The position numbers and the translations under genes are program-made. DNA of 64,000 nt from Anaeromyxobacter sp. (GTDB taxonomy: Bacteria; Myxococcota; Myxococcia; Myxococcales; Anaeromyxobacteraceae): the NCBI GenBank assembly GCA_049840735.1, contig JASGJN010000020.1:576001-640000 (forward strand). The letters are read 5' to 3'. A model generated the notes under the pieces. It searched no databases. It worked only from the letters and a program-made list of their open reading frames with translations, and was not told the DNA's origin. How positions within the stretch are numbered: position 1 is the first letter of the stretch; every line of letters starts with the position of its first letter. Positions 1 through 9,624 of this stretch are shown piece by piece.

Positions 1-77
1 CCGAGGCTCCCTGGTCCCTGGGCCCGGCGGCTGCAGCGGCGGTGGTCCCGCGGAGGGGAGCGGGCCACCGCCAGAGG

Positions 78-1553
78 TCAGTTGAGGTCCACCGGCACGA
101 AGATCCGGGCGTCGCCGCGCTGCACCAGGAGCGCCACGCGGTCCTTGGCCTTGCCCACCACCGCGCGGAGCGTCTCCAGGCTCTCCACCGGCGTGTTGTT
201 GACGGCCACCACCACGTCGCCGGGCTGGATGCCGGCGCGAGCCGCCGGGCCGCCGACGCCCTGGACCAGCGCGCCGCCGTCCACGCCGAGCTGGCGGGCC
301 TCCTCCACGGTCAGGGCGCGGACCGTGATGCCCAGCCGGCCCTTGTCGCCCTCGCCCTCGCGGGCGTCGGCCACGGCGGCGGCGGGGGCCTCGGACACCT
401 TCACCTCCACGGTGGTCCGGGCGCCGTTGCGCCACAGCTCCAGCCTGGCGGGCGTGCCGGGCTTGATGTCCGCGACGCGCGGGGGGAGGTCGGTGGAGCT
501 GACGATCTCCTTGCCGTTGAGGCTCAGGATCACGTCGCCGGAGCGGAGCAATTTGGCCGAGGGGCCCTTGGGATCGACGTTGCTCACCAGCGCGCCGGCG
601 GGGCGGGGCAGGCCGAAGGCGCCGGCCAGCCGCGCGTCCACGTCCTGGATGACCACGCCCAGACGGCCGCGGATCACCTTGCCGTGGGCCACCAGCTGCT
701 GCTGGACCTTCATGGCCACGTCGATGGGGATGGCGAAGGAGAGCCCCATGTAACCGCCGGAGCCGCTGTAGATCTGCGAGTTGATGCCCACCACCTCGCC
801 GGCCAGGTTGAAGAGCGGGCCGCCGGAGTTGCCGGGGTTGATGGCCACGTCGGTCTGGATGAAGGGCACGTAGCCCTCGCCCGGCAGCGAGCGGGCGCGC
901 GCGGAGACCACGCCGGCGGTGACGGTGTTCTCGAAGCCGAAGGGCGAGCCGATGGCCAGCACCCACTCGCCCACCTGCAGCCGCTCCGCGTCGCCCAGCT
1001 TCACCACCGGCAGCCCCCTGGCGTCGATGCGCAGCACCGCCACGTCGGTGTCCTTGTCCAGGCCGACCACCTTGGCGCGGAACTCGCGCTTGTCGGTGAG
1101 CTTCACGTTCACCTCGGTGGCGCCGCGGATGACGTGGGCGTTGGTGAGGATCAGGCCGTCCTGGCTGACGATGAACCCGGAGCCGGCGCCGCGGGTGAGC
1201 TGCTCGCCGGGCGGCTGCATGAAGCGGCGGAGCGGCGGCGGCACGTCGTCCAGCCCCTGGCCCCGGCCGGCCTCGGCGGTGCCGATGGTGGAGACGTTGA
1301 CCACCGCCGCGCCGTACTGGCGGACGATGGTGGTGAAGTCGGGCAGGGCGCGGAGGGCCGGGGCCGCCGCCGGGGCGGCGGCCGCGGCAGGAGGCGGCGC
1401 GGCGGGGGCGGGCGCCGGGGCAGGGGCGGCCTGGGCCGGCCCCGCGTTCTGCGCGCGCGCGCTGCCGGGGCCGGCGACGTAGATGGCTCCACCCAGGAAC
1501 AAGGCCAGCGCGGCCAGGACGGGGACGGAACGCTTCGCGGTCGCTGCGGTCAT
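78..1553 (-). CDS. htrA: DegP/HtrA (Do/DegQ family) periplasmic serine protease with two PDZ domains
   Basis: Signal peptide; trypsin triad motifs LTNAHV, DTDVAVL, AINPGNSGGPL; two C-terminal PDZ-like repeats (GPSAKLLRSGDVI, GPAARAGIQPGDVV). Confidence 0.95.
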   Translation of the reverse strand: MTAATAKRSVPVLAALALFLGGAIYVAGPGSARAQNAGPAQAAPAPAPAPAAPPPAAAAAPAAAPALRALPDFTTIVRQYGAAVVNVSTIGTAEAGRGQGLDDVPPPLRRFMQPPGEQLTRGAGSGFIVSQDGLILTNAHVIRGATEVNVKLTDKREFRAKVVGLDKDTDVAVLRIDARGLPVVKLGDAERLQVGEWVLAIGSPFGFENTVTAGVVSARARSLPGEGYVPFIQTDVAINPGNSGGPLFNLAGEVVGINSQIYSGSGGYMGLSFAIPIDVAMKVQQQLVAHGKVIRGRLGVVIQDVDARLAGAFGLPRPAGALVSNVDPKGPSAKLLRSGDVILSLNGKEIVSSTDLPPRVADIKPGTPARLELWRNGARTTVEVKVSEAPAAAVADAREGEGDKGRLGITVRALTVEEARQLGVDGGALVQGVGGPAARAGIQPGDVVVAVNNTPVESLETLRAVVGKAKDRVALLVQRGDARIFVPVDLN

Positions 1554-1623
1554 CGCTGGTTCTCCTTCGAGGCGGGCCCGGGGGTTGCGACCGGGCCGAC
1601 GCTGGAGAACCTAGGCTGGCAAC

Positions 1624-1640
1624 CTTATGGCAAGCTTAAG
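1624..1640. promoter_or_regulatory. Putative PmrA/QseB-type response-regulator box upstream of htrA
   Basis: CTTATG-gcaag-CTTAAG, a hexamer direct repeat with 5-nt spacer resembling YTTAAK-N5-YTTAAK; about 70 bp upstream of the htrA start and overlapping the kinase stop codon. Confidence 0.55.
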
Positions 1641-3015
1641 AGGCCTGCACCCTGTTGGGGCTATCGTCTTTTGACTGCGGCCCAGGGGCTTCCAGGGCCA
1701 GAGGCGCCGGCGGGAAGGTCACGCGCACCGTCAGTCCGCCCCCCGGCGTGTCCAGCAGGGCCACCTCGGCGGCGTGGCGCTCGGCCACCGCGCGCACGAT
1801 GGCCAGCCCCAGCCCGCTCCCCGGCGCCTCGTTGCCCGGCACGCGGTAGAAGCGGTCGAAGACCCGCTGCCGCTCCGCCGCCGGGATGCCGGGGCCGCTG
1901 TCCGCCACCGCCAGCCAGGCGCGGCCGGCCTCCACGCCGGTGGAGACGTCCACCCGGCCGCCGGCCGGGGTGTAGCGGACCGCGTTGTCCACCAGGTTGG
2001 CCAAGAGCGTGCGCAGCGCCGCCGCGTCGCCGTTGGCGCTGGTCCACTCCCCCACCGCCCCGGCGCCCAGGTCGAGCCCCCGGGCCTCCGCCAGCGCCGC
2101 GTGATCCGCCACCGCCTGGCGCACCAGCTCGTCCAGCGCCACCGGCGCCGCCGGGCCGGGCGCGCGCGCGCTCGCCGCCTCCGGCTCCACCCGCGCCAGC
2201 GTCAGCAGCTGCTGCACCAGGTGCGTGCTCCGGTCGAGCGCCCCCTCCAGCTGGGCCAGCGCCAGCTCGCGGTCCGGCCCCTCCGGCGCGCGCCGCGCCA
2301 GCTGGACCTGCAGCTTGAGCGCCGCCAGCGGCGTGCGCAGCTCGTGGGCCGCGTCCGCCACGAAGGCGCGCTGGGCCGAGAGCGCGGTGCTGAGCCGCGC
2401 CAGCAGCGCGTTGAGCGAGCGGACCAGCGGCCGGACCTCGTCCGGCGCGCCCGCCTCGGGGAACGGGTCCAGCGCCTGCGGCGTGCGGGTGGCGGCCGCG
2501 CGCGCCAGCCGGTCCACCGGCTCGAGCGCCTTGCCCACGATCCGCCAGACCACCAGCCCCAGCAGCGGCAGCAGCAGCACCAGCGGCAGCAGCGTGCGGC
2601 TGGCGGCGTTGAAGGCCAGCTCCTCGCGCAGCCGGACCGGCTGGCTCACCTGCACCACGCCGCGCCCGATGGTGGTGGCGAAGGCGCGCCAGCGGCCGGA
2701 GCGGGTCTCGACGGTGCTGAACCCGAGCTGGGTCATGTCCGGCAGGTCGGCGTCGGGGCGCGAGAGGTAGAGGCGCGCGCCGGTCTCGTCCCAGATCTGG
2801 ATGGCGAAGTCGAAGTCGCGCACCGCCCCGCGGACCTCGGCCGGCCCCAGCGAGCGATCCGAGAGCGAGAGCGCCAGCTGGCGCAGGTGGTAGTCGAAGA
2901 GCTCGTCGATCTGCCCGCGGGCCACCCGGTAGGTCACCACCAGGCCGGCGGCCATCACCGCCACGATCCCCGCCAGCAAGGCCAGCAGCAGCTGGCGCCG
3001 GACCGAGCCCTTCAC
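1636..3015 (-). CDS. Sensor histidine kinase, QseC/PmrB-like
   Basis: Two TM helices, HAMP region, H-box FVADAAHELRTPL, N-box NLVDNAVRY, G1 DSGPGI, F-box VFDRFYR, G2 GSGLGL. Confidence 0.93.
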   Translation of the reverse strand: MKGSVRRQLLLALLAGIVAVMAAGLVVTYRVARGQIDELFDYHLRQLALSLSDRSLGPAEVRGAVRDFDFAIQIWDETGARLYLSRPDADLPDMTQLGFSTVETRSGRWRAFATTIGRGVVQVSQPVRLREELAFNAASRTLLPLVLLLPLLGLVVWRIVGKALEPVDRLARAAATRTPQALDPFPEAGAPDEVRPLVRSLNALLARLSTALSAQRAFVADAAHELRTPLAALKLQVQLARRAPEGPDRELALAQLEGALDRSTHLVQQLLTLARVEPEAASARAPGPAAPVALDELVRQAVADHAALAEARGLDLGAGAVGEWTSANGDAAALRTLLANLVDNAVRYTPAGGRVDVSTGVEAGRAWLAVADSGPGIPAAERQRVFDRFYRVPGNEAPGSGLGLAIVRAVAERHAAEVALLDTPGGGLTVRVTFPPAPLALEAPGPQSKDDSPNRVQAS

Positions 3016-3668
3016 CGCGGCACCATGTAGCCGACCCCGCGCAGCGTCTTGATGCGCTCGGCCCCCAGCTTGCGCCGCAGCGCGTGGACGTGGACCTCGA
3101 TGGCGTTCGACTCCACCTCCTCGCCCCAGCCGTAGACCCGCTCCTCCAGCTGGGCGCGCGAGAGCGGCCGGCCCGGGCGCTCGATCAGCGCGTGGAGCAG
3201 CGCGAACTCGCGGGCCGAGAGGGCCACCTCCTCGCCGTGGAGGCGCACCTGCCGGGCGGCCGGGTCGAGCGTGAGCGGCCCCACCTCCAGCACCGGGTCG
3301 GCCCGCCCGCCGGAGCGGCGGTGGAGCGCCCGCACCCGCGCCGCCAGCTCATCCACGTCGAAGGGCTTGGTCAGGTAGTCGTCCGCCCCGGCGTCCAGGC
3401 CGGCCACCCGGTCCGGCACCGCGTCCTGCGCGGTCAGGATCAGCACCGGCGTGCCGTCGCCGCGTGCCCGCACCCCGCGCAGCACCTCCAGGCCGCCCTT
3501 GCGCGGCAGCCCCAGGTCGAGCAGCACCAGCTGGTAGGGCTCGCCGCGGAGGGCCTCCTCGGCCGCCTCGCCGTCCTGCACCCAGTCCACGGCCCAGCCC
3601 CGCGCGCGCAGCGCGCGCTGGAGCCCGTCTCCCAGCATCCGGTCGTCCTCGACGAGCAAGAGGCGCAT
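3012..3668 (-). CDS. OmpR-family response regulator, QseB/PmrA-like
   Basis: MRLLLVEDD start (ATG at 3668), LLDLGLP phospho-Asp, GADDYLTKPF, winged helix SNAIEVHVHALRRKLG; overlaps the kinase start by 4 bp. Confidence 0.93.
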   Translation of the reverse strand: MRLLLVEDDRMLGDGLQRALRARGWAVDWVQDGEAAEEALRGEPYQLVLLDLGLPRKGGLEVLRGVRARGDGTPVLILTAQDAVPDRVAGLDAGADDYLTKPFDVDELAARVRALHRRSGGRADPVLEVGPLTLDPAARQVRLHGEEVALSAREFALLHALIERPGRPLSRAQLEERVYGWGEEVESNAIEVHVHALRRKLGAERIKTLRGVGYMVPR

Positions 3669-3752
3669 GGTCTCCCGCCGCGAGCCGGGGCGTTGGACCA
3701 AGGGCGGCCCCGGGCGCAGGCGGGCCATGTATACCGCGGTTCACCCTGCGGA

Positions 3753-3959
3753 TCAGCGCGGCGGCTCGCGGTCGCGGACCGGGACCGGCGCGGGCGGCGG
3801 GGCGCCGTCCTCATCCGGCCAGACCGGCGCCGGGATCCGGCCGTCCGGGAAGGTCACCTTCCCCGCCAGCACGCAGCCCTTCATGCCCGGGCGGCAGCAG
3901 GCGCCGTCCACGCGCCGGCAGATGCCCTCCGCCTCGAAGCTGCAGCCCCAGCCGCCCAT
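3753..3959 (-). CDS. Small cysteine-rich hypothetical protein (~68 aa)
   Basis: MGGWGCSFEAEGICRRVDGACCRPGMKGCVLAGKV...; five Cys in 25 aa, GC3-rich codons, same strand as both neighbours. Confidence 0.65.
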   Translation of the reverse strand: MGGWGCSFEAEGICRRVDGACCRPGMKGCVLAGKVTFPDGRIPAPVWPDEDGAPPPAPVPVRDREPPR

Positions 3960-4073
3960 GCGGCCAGTGTAGCGGAGCGGCGCCGGCCGCTGGAAGCCGG
4001 GGCCCTGAAGCGCGACGGCGGGGAGCGGCCGCCTGGCCACCCCCCGCCGCGCGGGTGTCACGTCCGGCTTGGG

Positions 4074-5203
4074 CTAGTTGCTCGAGGGGACCTGGCCCTC
4101 GACGCCCTTCACGTAGAAGTTCACCTCGCCGAGCCACTTGTTGTCGGCCACGGCGCCCTTGGCGAGCTTCTCCTTGCCGGTGTTGTCGACGATGGGGCCG
4201 GTGAAGACCTGGTGCGCGCCGGTGCGGAGCCCCTCGCGCGCGTCATCGACGGCCTTCTTGGCGTCGGGCGGGATGAAGTCCGCCACCTTGACGAACTGGA
4301 CCATGTCCTCCTTCACGCCCCACTTCGTCTCCTCGACCTTCCAGGTGCCGTTGAGGACGTCGTTGATGGCCTTCTCGTAGTACACGCCCCAGTTCAGCGC
4401 GCAGGAGCCCAGGTGCGCCTTGGGGGCGAACGCGCTCATGTCGCTGTCCCAGCCGAAGGCGTACTTGCCGGCGCGCTCGGCCGCCTGCAGCACGGCGGTG
4501 GAGTCGGTGTTCTGGAGCAGCACGTCGGCGCCGCCGTTCATCAGCGACTGGGCCGCCTCGGTCTCCTTGGGCGGATCGAACCAGCTGTTCACCCAGACCA
4601 CCTTGGTCTTGATCTTCGGGTTCACGCTCTGCGCGCCCAGCGTGTAGGCGTTGATGTTGCGGAGCACCTCGGGGATGGGGAACGAGGCCACGAACCCGAG
4701 CGTGTTGGTCTTGGTCATCTTCCCGGCCACGATGCCGGCCAGGTAGGCGCCCTCGTAGAACTTGGCCTCGTAGACGCGGAGGTTCTCGGCGGTCTTGTAG
4801 CCGGTGGCGTGCTCGAACTTCACGTCCGGAAAGTCCTTCGCCACCTTGACGGTGGGGTCCATGAAGCCGAAGGAGGTCGTGAAGATGAGCTTGTTGCCGG
4901 AGGCGACCAGGTCGCGGACGGCGCGCTCGGCGTTGGGGCCCTCGGCCACCTTCTCCAGGAACGGTCTGGATTCTTGTCGCCCAGCTTCTCCACCGCGTAC
5001 TTGCGGCCCAGGTCGTGGGCGTAGGTGTAGCCGGCGTCGCCGACCGGGCCGACGTAGACGAAGCCGACCTTGAGCGGCTCGGCCTTGGCCGGGGCGGCGG
5101 CGGGAGCGGGGGCCGGCTCCTCCTTCTTGGTGCAGGCGGTGAGCGCGGTGGCGGCCACGAGGGCGCCGAGGGCAAGGAGCTTCACGGATGGGCGCAGGAA
5201 CAT
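4074..5203 (-). CDS. BMP-family ABC transporter substrate-binding lipoprotein (purine/nucleoside); frameshift near 4960-4975
   Basis: N-terminus MFLRPSVKLL..ALTAC (lipobox), KVGFVYVGPVGDAGYTYAHDLGR in one frame; continues as ORF 4074..4949 (IFTTSFGF, FEHATGYK, NSWFDP). Confidence 0.9.
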
Positions 5204-5256
5204 GATGGTGACTTCTCCTTTGTGCGGACCAGGGACGGCGTGCTGCGGGTGCGTGC

Positions 5257-6176
5257 TCAGCCTCCCGGGAAGAACGGCTTCCCCAGCGAGGTGGGCATGT
5301 TGAGCCGGATCCAGAGCGGGTTCCGGGAGATCAGGACCAGGACGACGATGGGCGTGCCGTACGGCAGCATCCCCAGCAGCTGCGGGTTCACGTGCACGCC
5401 TGCGTTCTGCAGGTAGTACTGCAGGATGGTCGTCCCGCCGAACAGGTAGGCCCCGAGCAGCAGCCGCCAGGGGCGCCAGGTGGCGAACACCGTCAGCGCC
5501 AGCGCGAACCAGCCGCGGCCGCCGGTCATCCCCTCGGCCCAGAGGTTCGAGTAGAAGACCGACAGGTGCGCGCCGGCCAGGCCGCACAGCGCCCCGCCGC
5601 CGGTCACGGCCGCCAGGCGGATCGAGCGCACCGGGTAGCCCAGCGCGTGCGCCGGCTGGGGCGCCTCGCCCACCGCCCGCAGCACCAGCCCGGACCGGGT
5701 CCGGTACATGAACCAGGCGAGCCCGGCGGTGATGGCCACGGCCAGGTACGCCTGCAGGTGCTCCCTGAACAGCGCAGGCCCGATGAACGGCAGGTCGCCC
5801 AGCACCGGGACGAAGGCCGCCGGCACGTTGCCGAGCGGCTTTCCCACGTAGGGAGCGCCCATCAGCGCGGACAGGCCGCTGCCAAACAGGGTGACCGCCA
5901 GGCCGGTGGCGTACTGGTTGGTGTTGAGCCAGATCACCAGCCAACCAAGGCGGCCGCGACCACCGCCGCCGAGGCGGCGCCGGCCACCAGCGCCAGCCAG
6001 GGGTTGCCGGTTCCGAAGGCCACCGCGAAGCCGGTCACGGCCGAGATGAGCAGCAGCCCCTCGGCCCCCAGGTTCACCACGCCCGCCTTCTCGTTGAGGA
6101 GCAGCCCCAGGCCGGCGATGGCCAGCGGCGTGCCGGCGGCCAGCGTGGCGCCGATGAGGAAGGCCAGGCCGCTCAC
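5257..6176 (-). CDS. Nucleoside/purine ABC transporter permease (NupC-like); frameshift near 5945
   Basis: GTPLAIAGLGLLLNEKAGVVNLGAEG in one frame, then NQYATGLA..LRAVGE..GRGWFALAL..LPY in ORF 5257..6750. Confidence 0.88.
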
Positions 6177-7244
6177 GAGACCCGCCTCCAGCGCAGCCGG
6201 TAGTTGATGAAGGTGTCCCAGCCCAGCAGCGAGAAGAGCAGCACGCCCTGGAAGACCAGCCCCGCGGCGGCCGGCATGTTGGCGCTCTGCGCCTTGTAGC
6301 CGCCGATGATGAAGCCGGAGAGCAGGACGCTGCCCAGCACGCAGCCCAGCGGGTTGAGCCGGCCCATGAAGGCCACGATGATGGCGGTGAAGCCGTAGCC
6401 CTGCGAGACGTGCGGCGTGAGCTGGTTGAGCGGCCCGGTGGCCTCGTAGGCGCCGGCCACGCCGGAGAGCGCGCCGGAGGCCAGCAGCGTGGTCCAGATG
6501 GCGGCGCGCGAGGAGAAGCCGGCGTAGCGCGCGGCGGCCGGGGCCGGGCCGCCGATCTTGCAGCTGCATGCCGCTGTAGGTCCGGAACATGTAGACCCAC
6601 ATCGCGCCCGCGGCCAGCAGCGCCACCCCCACGCCCCAGTGCAGCGCGTAGCCCTGCACCACGCGCGGGAGGTAGGTGCTGGAGGCGAACGAGATGGTCT
6701 GGGGGAAGTTGTAGCCCTTCGGATCCTTCCACGGGCCGAACACCAGCCACTTGAGGAACAGGTCGGCGATGTAGACCAGCATCAGGCTGACCAGGATCTC
6801 GTTGGCGCTGAAGCGGTCCTTGAGCCAGGCCACGATGGCCGCCCAGGCGCCGCCGCCGACGGCTCCGGCCACGGTGACCAGCGGGAGGAAGGCCCAGCGG
6901 CTCATGCCGACGTCGTGGGACGTCACCAGCATGGCCAGGCCGCCGCCGGTGATGGCGCCCATCAGGAACTGCCCCTCGGCGCCGATGTTCCAGATGTTCG
7001 AGCGGAAGCAGAGCGCCAGCCCCACCGAGCAGAGCACCAGCGTGCAGGCCTTGGCCGCCACGTCGGTCAGGTTGCGCAGGTCGCTGTAGGGCTCCACCAG
7101 GAAGAGCTCGAGCACCCGCACCGGGTCCTTGCCCATGGCCGCGAACAGGATGGCGCCCACCCCCACGGTCATGACCAGCGCCGCGACGGGGGCGAGCACG
7201 CTCATCCGCCCCGACGGCGCAGGCCTGGCCTCCAGCTGGATCAT
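6173..7244 (-). CDS. Nucleoside/purine ABC transporter permease (NupB-like); frameshift near 6555
   Basis: MIQLEARP start; WNIGAEGQ and ANEILVSLML motifs; C-terminus GYGFTAIIVAFMGRLNPLG in ORF 6173..6460. Confidence 0.88.
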
Positions 7245-8785
7245 CTCGCCTCCCCCGCTCCGGCCGCCGCGGGGCGCGACGCCGGGCCTCCGGGCCACAG
7301 GCCGCTCATCCACTCGCCGATTTGCTCCACCGTGGCCTCGCCGGTCGGGATCGACGGAGAGAGCCGCCCGCGCGCCATCACGTGCAGGCGATCGGTGATC
7401 TGGAACAGCTCCTCCAGCTCGTCCGACACCACCAGCACGGCGCAGCCGGAGTCGCGCAGCGCCACCAGCTCCTTGCGGATCTGCGCCGCGGCGCCGACGT
7501 CCACGCCCCAGGTCGGCTGCGCCACCAGCAGCACCTTGGGGAGCGCGTCCAGCTCGCGCCCCACGATGTACTTCTGGAGGTTCCCGCCCGAGAGGCTGCG
7601 AGCCACCGCCTTGGTGCCGCCCGACTTGACCCGGTAGCGGTCGATGATGCCGGCGGTCTGCCGGTGCAGCGCGCGGCCGTCGATCCAGCCGAAGCGGCGC
7701 AGCGACTCCTCGCGCGTGAGCAGCAGGTTGTGCGCCAGCGAGAGCGTCGGCACCGCGCCGCGACCCAGCCGCTCCTCGGGGATGAAGTTGAGCCCCAGCC
7801 GGCGGCGATGGCCGGCGCCCATCCGCCCGATGGCCCGGCCGAAGAGCCGCACCGCCTCGACGTCGGCGCGCGGGTCCTCGCCGGAGAGCGCCGCCATCAG
7901 CTCGCGCTGCCCGTTGCCCGAGACGCCGGCGATGCCGACGATCTCCCCCTCGCGCACCTGCAGCGAGACGCCCTCCAGCGGCACCGAGAACCGGTCGTGG
8001 CGCGTGAGGTCCAGCGCCAGGACCTCCAGCGCCAGCTCGCCCGGCTGCGGCGCCTGTCGCTCGATCCGCGGCGGCTCGGCGCCGATCATCAGGCGCGAGA
8101 GCGAGGCGGTGGTCTCCTGGGTGGGATCGCAGGTGCCCGCCACCTTGCCGGCCCGCAGCACCGTGCAGGCGTTGCAGAGGGCGCGGATCTCGTCCAGCTT
8201 GTGGCTGATGTAGAGGATGGAGCAGCCGGTGGCGGCCAGCTTGCGCAGCGTGACGAAGAGCTTCTCCACCGCCTGCGGCGTGAGCACCGAGGTGGGCTCG
8301 TCGAGGATCAGCAGGCGCGGGTCGGTGAGCAGCGCCCGCACGATCTCCACCCGCTGCCGCTCGCCCACCGAGAGCACGTGGACGGGCGCGTCCGGATCGA
8401 GGTCGAGCCCGTACTCGGCCGCCTTGGTGCGGATGCCGTCCGCCACCTGCTGCAGCGGCGTGGAGGCGGGCAGCCCCAGCCACACGTTCTCCGCCACGGT
8501 GAGCGTGTCGAAGAGCGAGAAGTGCTGGAACACCATGGCGATGCCCAGCGACCGCGCCTCGTGCGGGCTGCGGATTTGGACCGGGTTGCCGTCCCAGCGG
8601 AGCTCGCCGGCGTCGGGGGTGACCGCGCCGTAGATGATCTTCATCAGCGTGGACTTGCCCGCGCCGTTCTCGCCCAGGATGGCGTGGATTCGGCCGGGCT
8701 CGACCGTCAGCGCCACGTCGTCGTTGGCCACGACGCTCGCGTAGCGCTTGGTGACGTGCCGGAGCTCGAGCCTGGGGGCGGTCAC
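7241..8785 (-). CDS. ABC transporter ATP-binding protein with tandem ABC domains (NupA/YufO-like)
   Basis: Walker A GENGAGKST, LSVGERQ, LILDEPT; second domain GVSGNGQ, LSGGNLQK, AQPTWGVDVGA. Confidence 0.93.
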   Translation of the reverse strand: MTAPRLELRHVTKRYASVVANDDVALTVEPGRIHAILGENGAGKSTLMKIIYGAVTPDAGELRWDGNPVQIRSPHEARSLGIAMVFQHFSLFDTLTVAENVWLGLPASTPLQQVADGIRTKAAEYGLDLDPDAPVHVLSVGERQRVEIVRALLTDPRLLILDEPTSVLTPQAVEKLFVTLRKLAATGCSILYISHKLDEIRALCNACTVLRAGKVAGTCDPTQETTASLSRLMIGAEPPRIERQAPQPGELALEVLALDLTRHDRFSVPLEGVSLQVREGEIVGIAGVSGNGQRELMAALSGEDPRADVEAVRLFGRAIGRMGAGHRRRLGLNFIPEERLGRGAVPTLSLAHNLLLTREESLRRFGWIDGRALHRQTAGIIDRYRVKSGGTKAVARSLSGGNLQKYIVGRELDALPKVLLVAQPTWGVDVGAAAQIRKELVALRDSGCAVLVVSDELEELFQITDRLHVMARGRLSPSIPTGEATVEQIGEWMSGLWPGGPASRPAAAGAGEAR

Positions 8786-8821
8786 GGGGTGGTCCGTCGC
8801 GCGGAGGGATTCACGGTCGGT

Positions 8822-9379
8822 TCACTTGCCGCCGCGCTGCTTGATGGGGGTGACGAACCGGTAGTCGATGTCCCAGGGGAAGTAGATCCACTTCTCCTGC
8901 CGGAACTCCTTCACGAAGGTGTCCACCACCGGGCGCCCGGCCGGCTTGGCGTAGAGGGTGGCGAAGTGGGCCCTGGGCAGCCGCTCGCGCACGGCCTTGG
9001 CGGTCCTGCCGGTGTCGACCAGGTCGTCCACCAGCAGCCACCCCTCCCCGTCCCCGGGCACCGACTTGAGCCACTGCAGCTCGCCCTGGTGCTGCTCGGC
9101 GGCGCCGGAGGTGCCGGCGTAGCTGACCACGCAGACGGTGTCGATGAGCCGGATGTCCAGCTCGCGGGCGATGAGCGCGGCGGGGACCAGGCCGCCGCGG
9201 GTGATGGCGATGATCCCCTTCCACTCCCGCTTCATCTCGTGCAGGACGCTGGAGAGGTAGCGCGCGTCGCGGTGCAGCTCGGGCCACGAGATGACGATCT
9301 CGTCCTTGTACGGATTGGCACCCGTCGAAACGGGCGCGCTCTCCTCGCCGCCAGACGAGGGCTTCGGATCGGACGCCAT
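8822..9379 (-). CDS. gpt: Xanthine/guanine phosphoribosyltransferase
   Basis: WKGIIAITRGGLVPA, PRPP-binding LLVDDLVDTGRT, ATLYAKPAGRP, WIYFPWD. Confidence 0.92.
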   Translation of the reverse strand: MASDPKPSSGGEESAPVSTGANPYKDEIVISWPELHRDARYLSSVLHEMKREWKGIIAITRGGLVPAALIARELDIRLIDTVCVVSYAGTSGAAEQHQGELQWLKSVPGDGEGWLLVDDLVDTGRTAKAVRERLPRAHFATLYAKPAGRPVVDTFVKEFRQEKWIYFPWDIDYRFVTPIKQRGGK

Positions 9380-9508
9380 GGGGGTACCTCTCCCGTGCCG
9401 CTGCGGTGCGGGGCCCTTCTAGCCCGGCATCCCTGACACTCCGCCAGGGTCGCGTGAGGAGGCCGCAACCGCCTGCCAGGCGAGCAACCGGTGCCATGGG
9501 CGGCTTAG

Positions 9509-9524
9509 GCGCAAACGTTTGAGA
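9509..9524. promoter_or_regulatory. LacI-family (PurR-box-like) operator upstream of the gpt/ABC operon
   Basis: GCGCAAACGTTTGAGA matches 13 of 16 positions of the PurR consensus ACGCAAACGTTTGCGT; an AT-rich patch in GC-rich intergenic DNA. Confidence 0.5.
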
Positions 9525-9624
9525 TCAAGACGCCGAATCGGCGGCCCGCCCAGCGCGCGAGCAGCCGTGCGCGCCCGCGAAGCGCCACTCCCTGAGGCCC
9601 GACGCCCAGGGCCCGAGGCCCGCC

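Noticed and set aside
9380..9620. Purine riboswitch upstream of gpt
   Set aside because: Conserved purine-aptamer loop and junction sequences not found on the minus strand.
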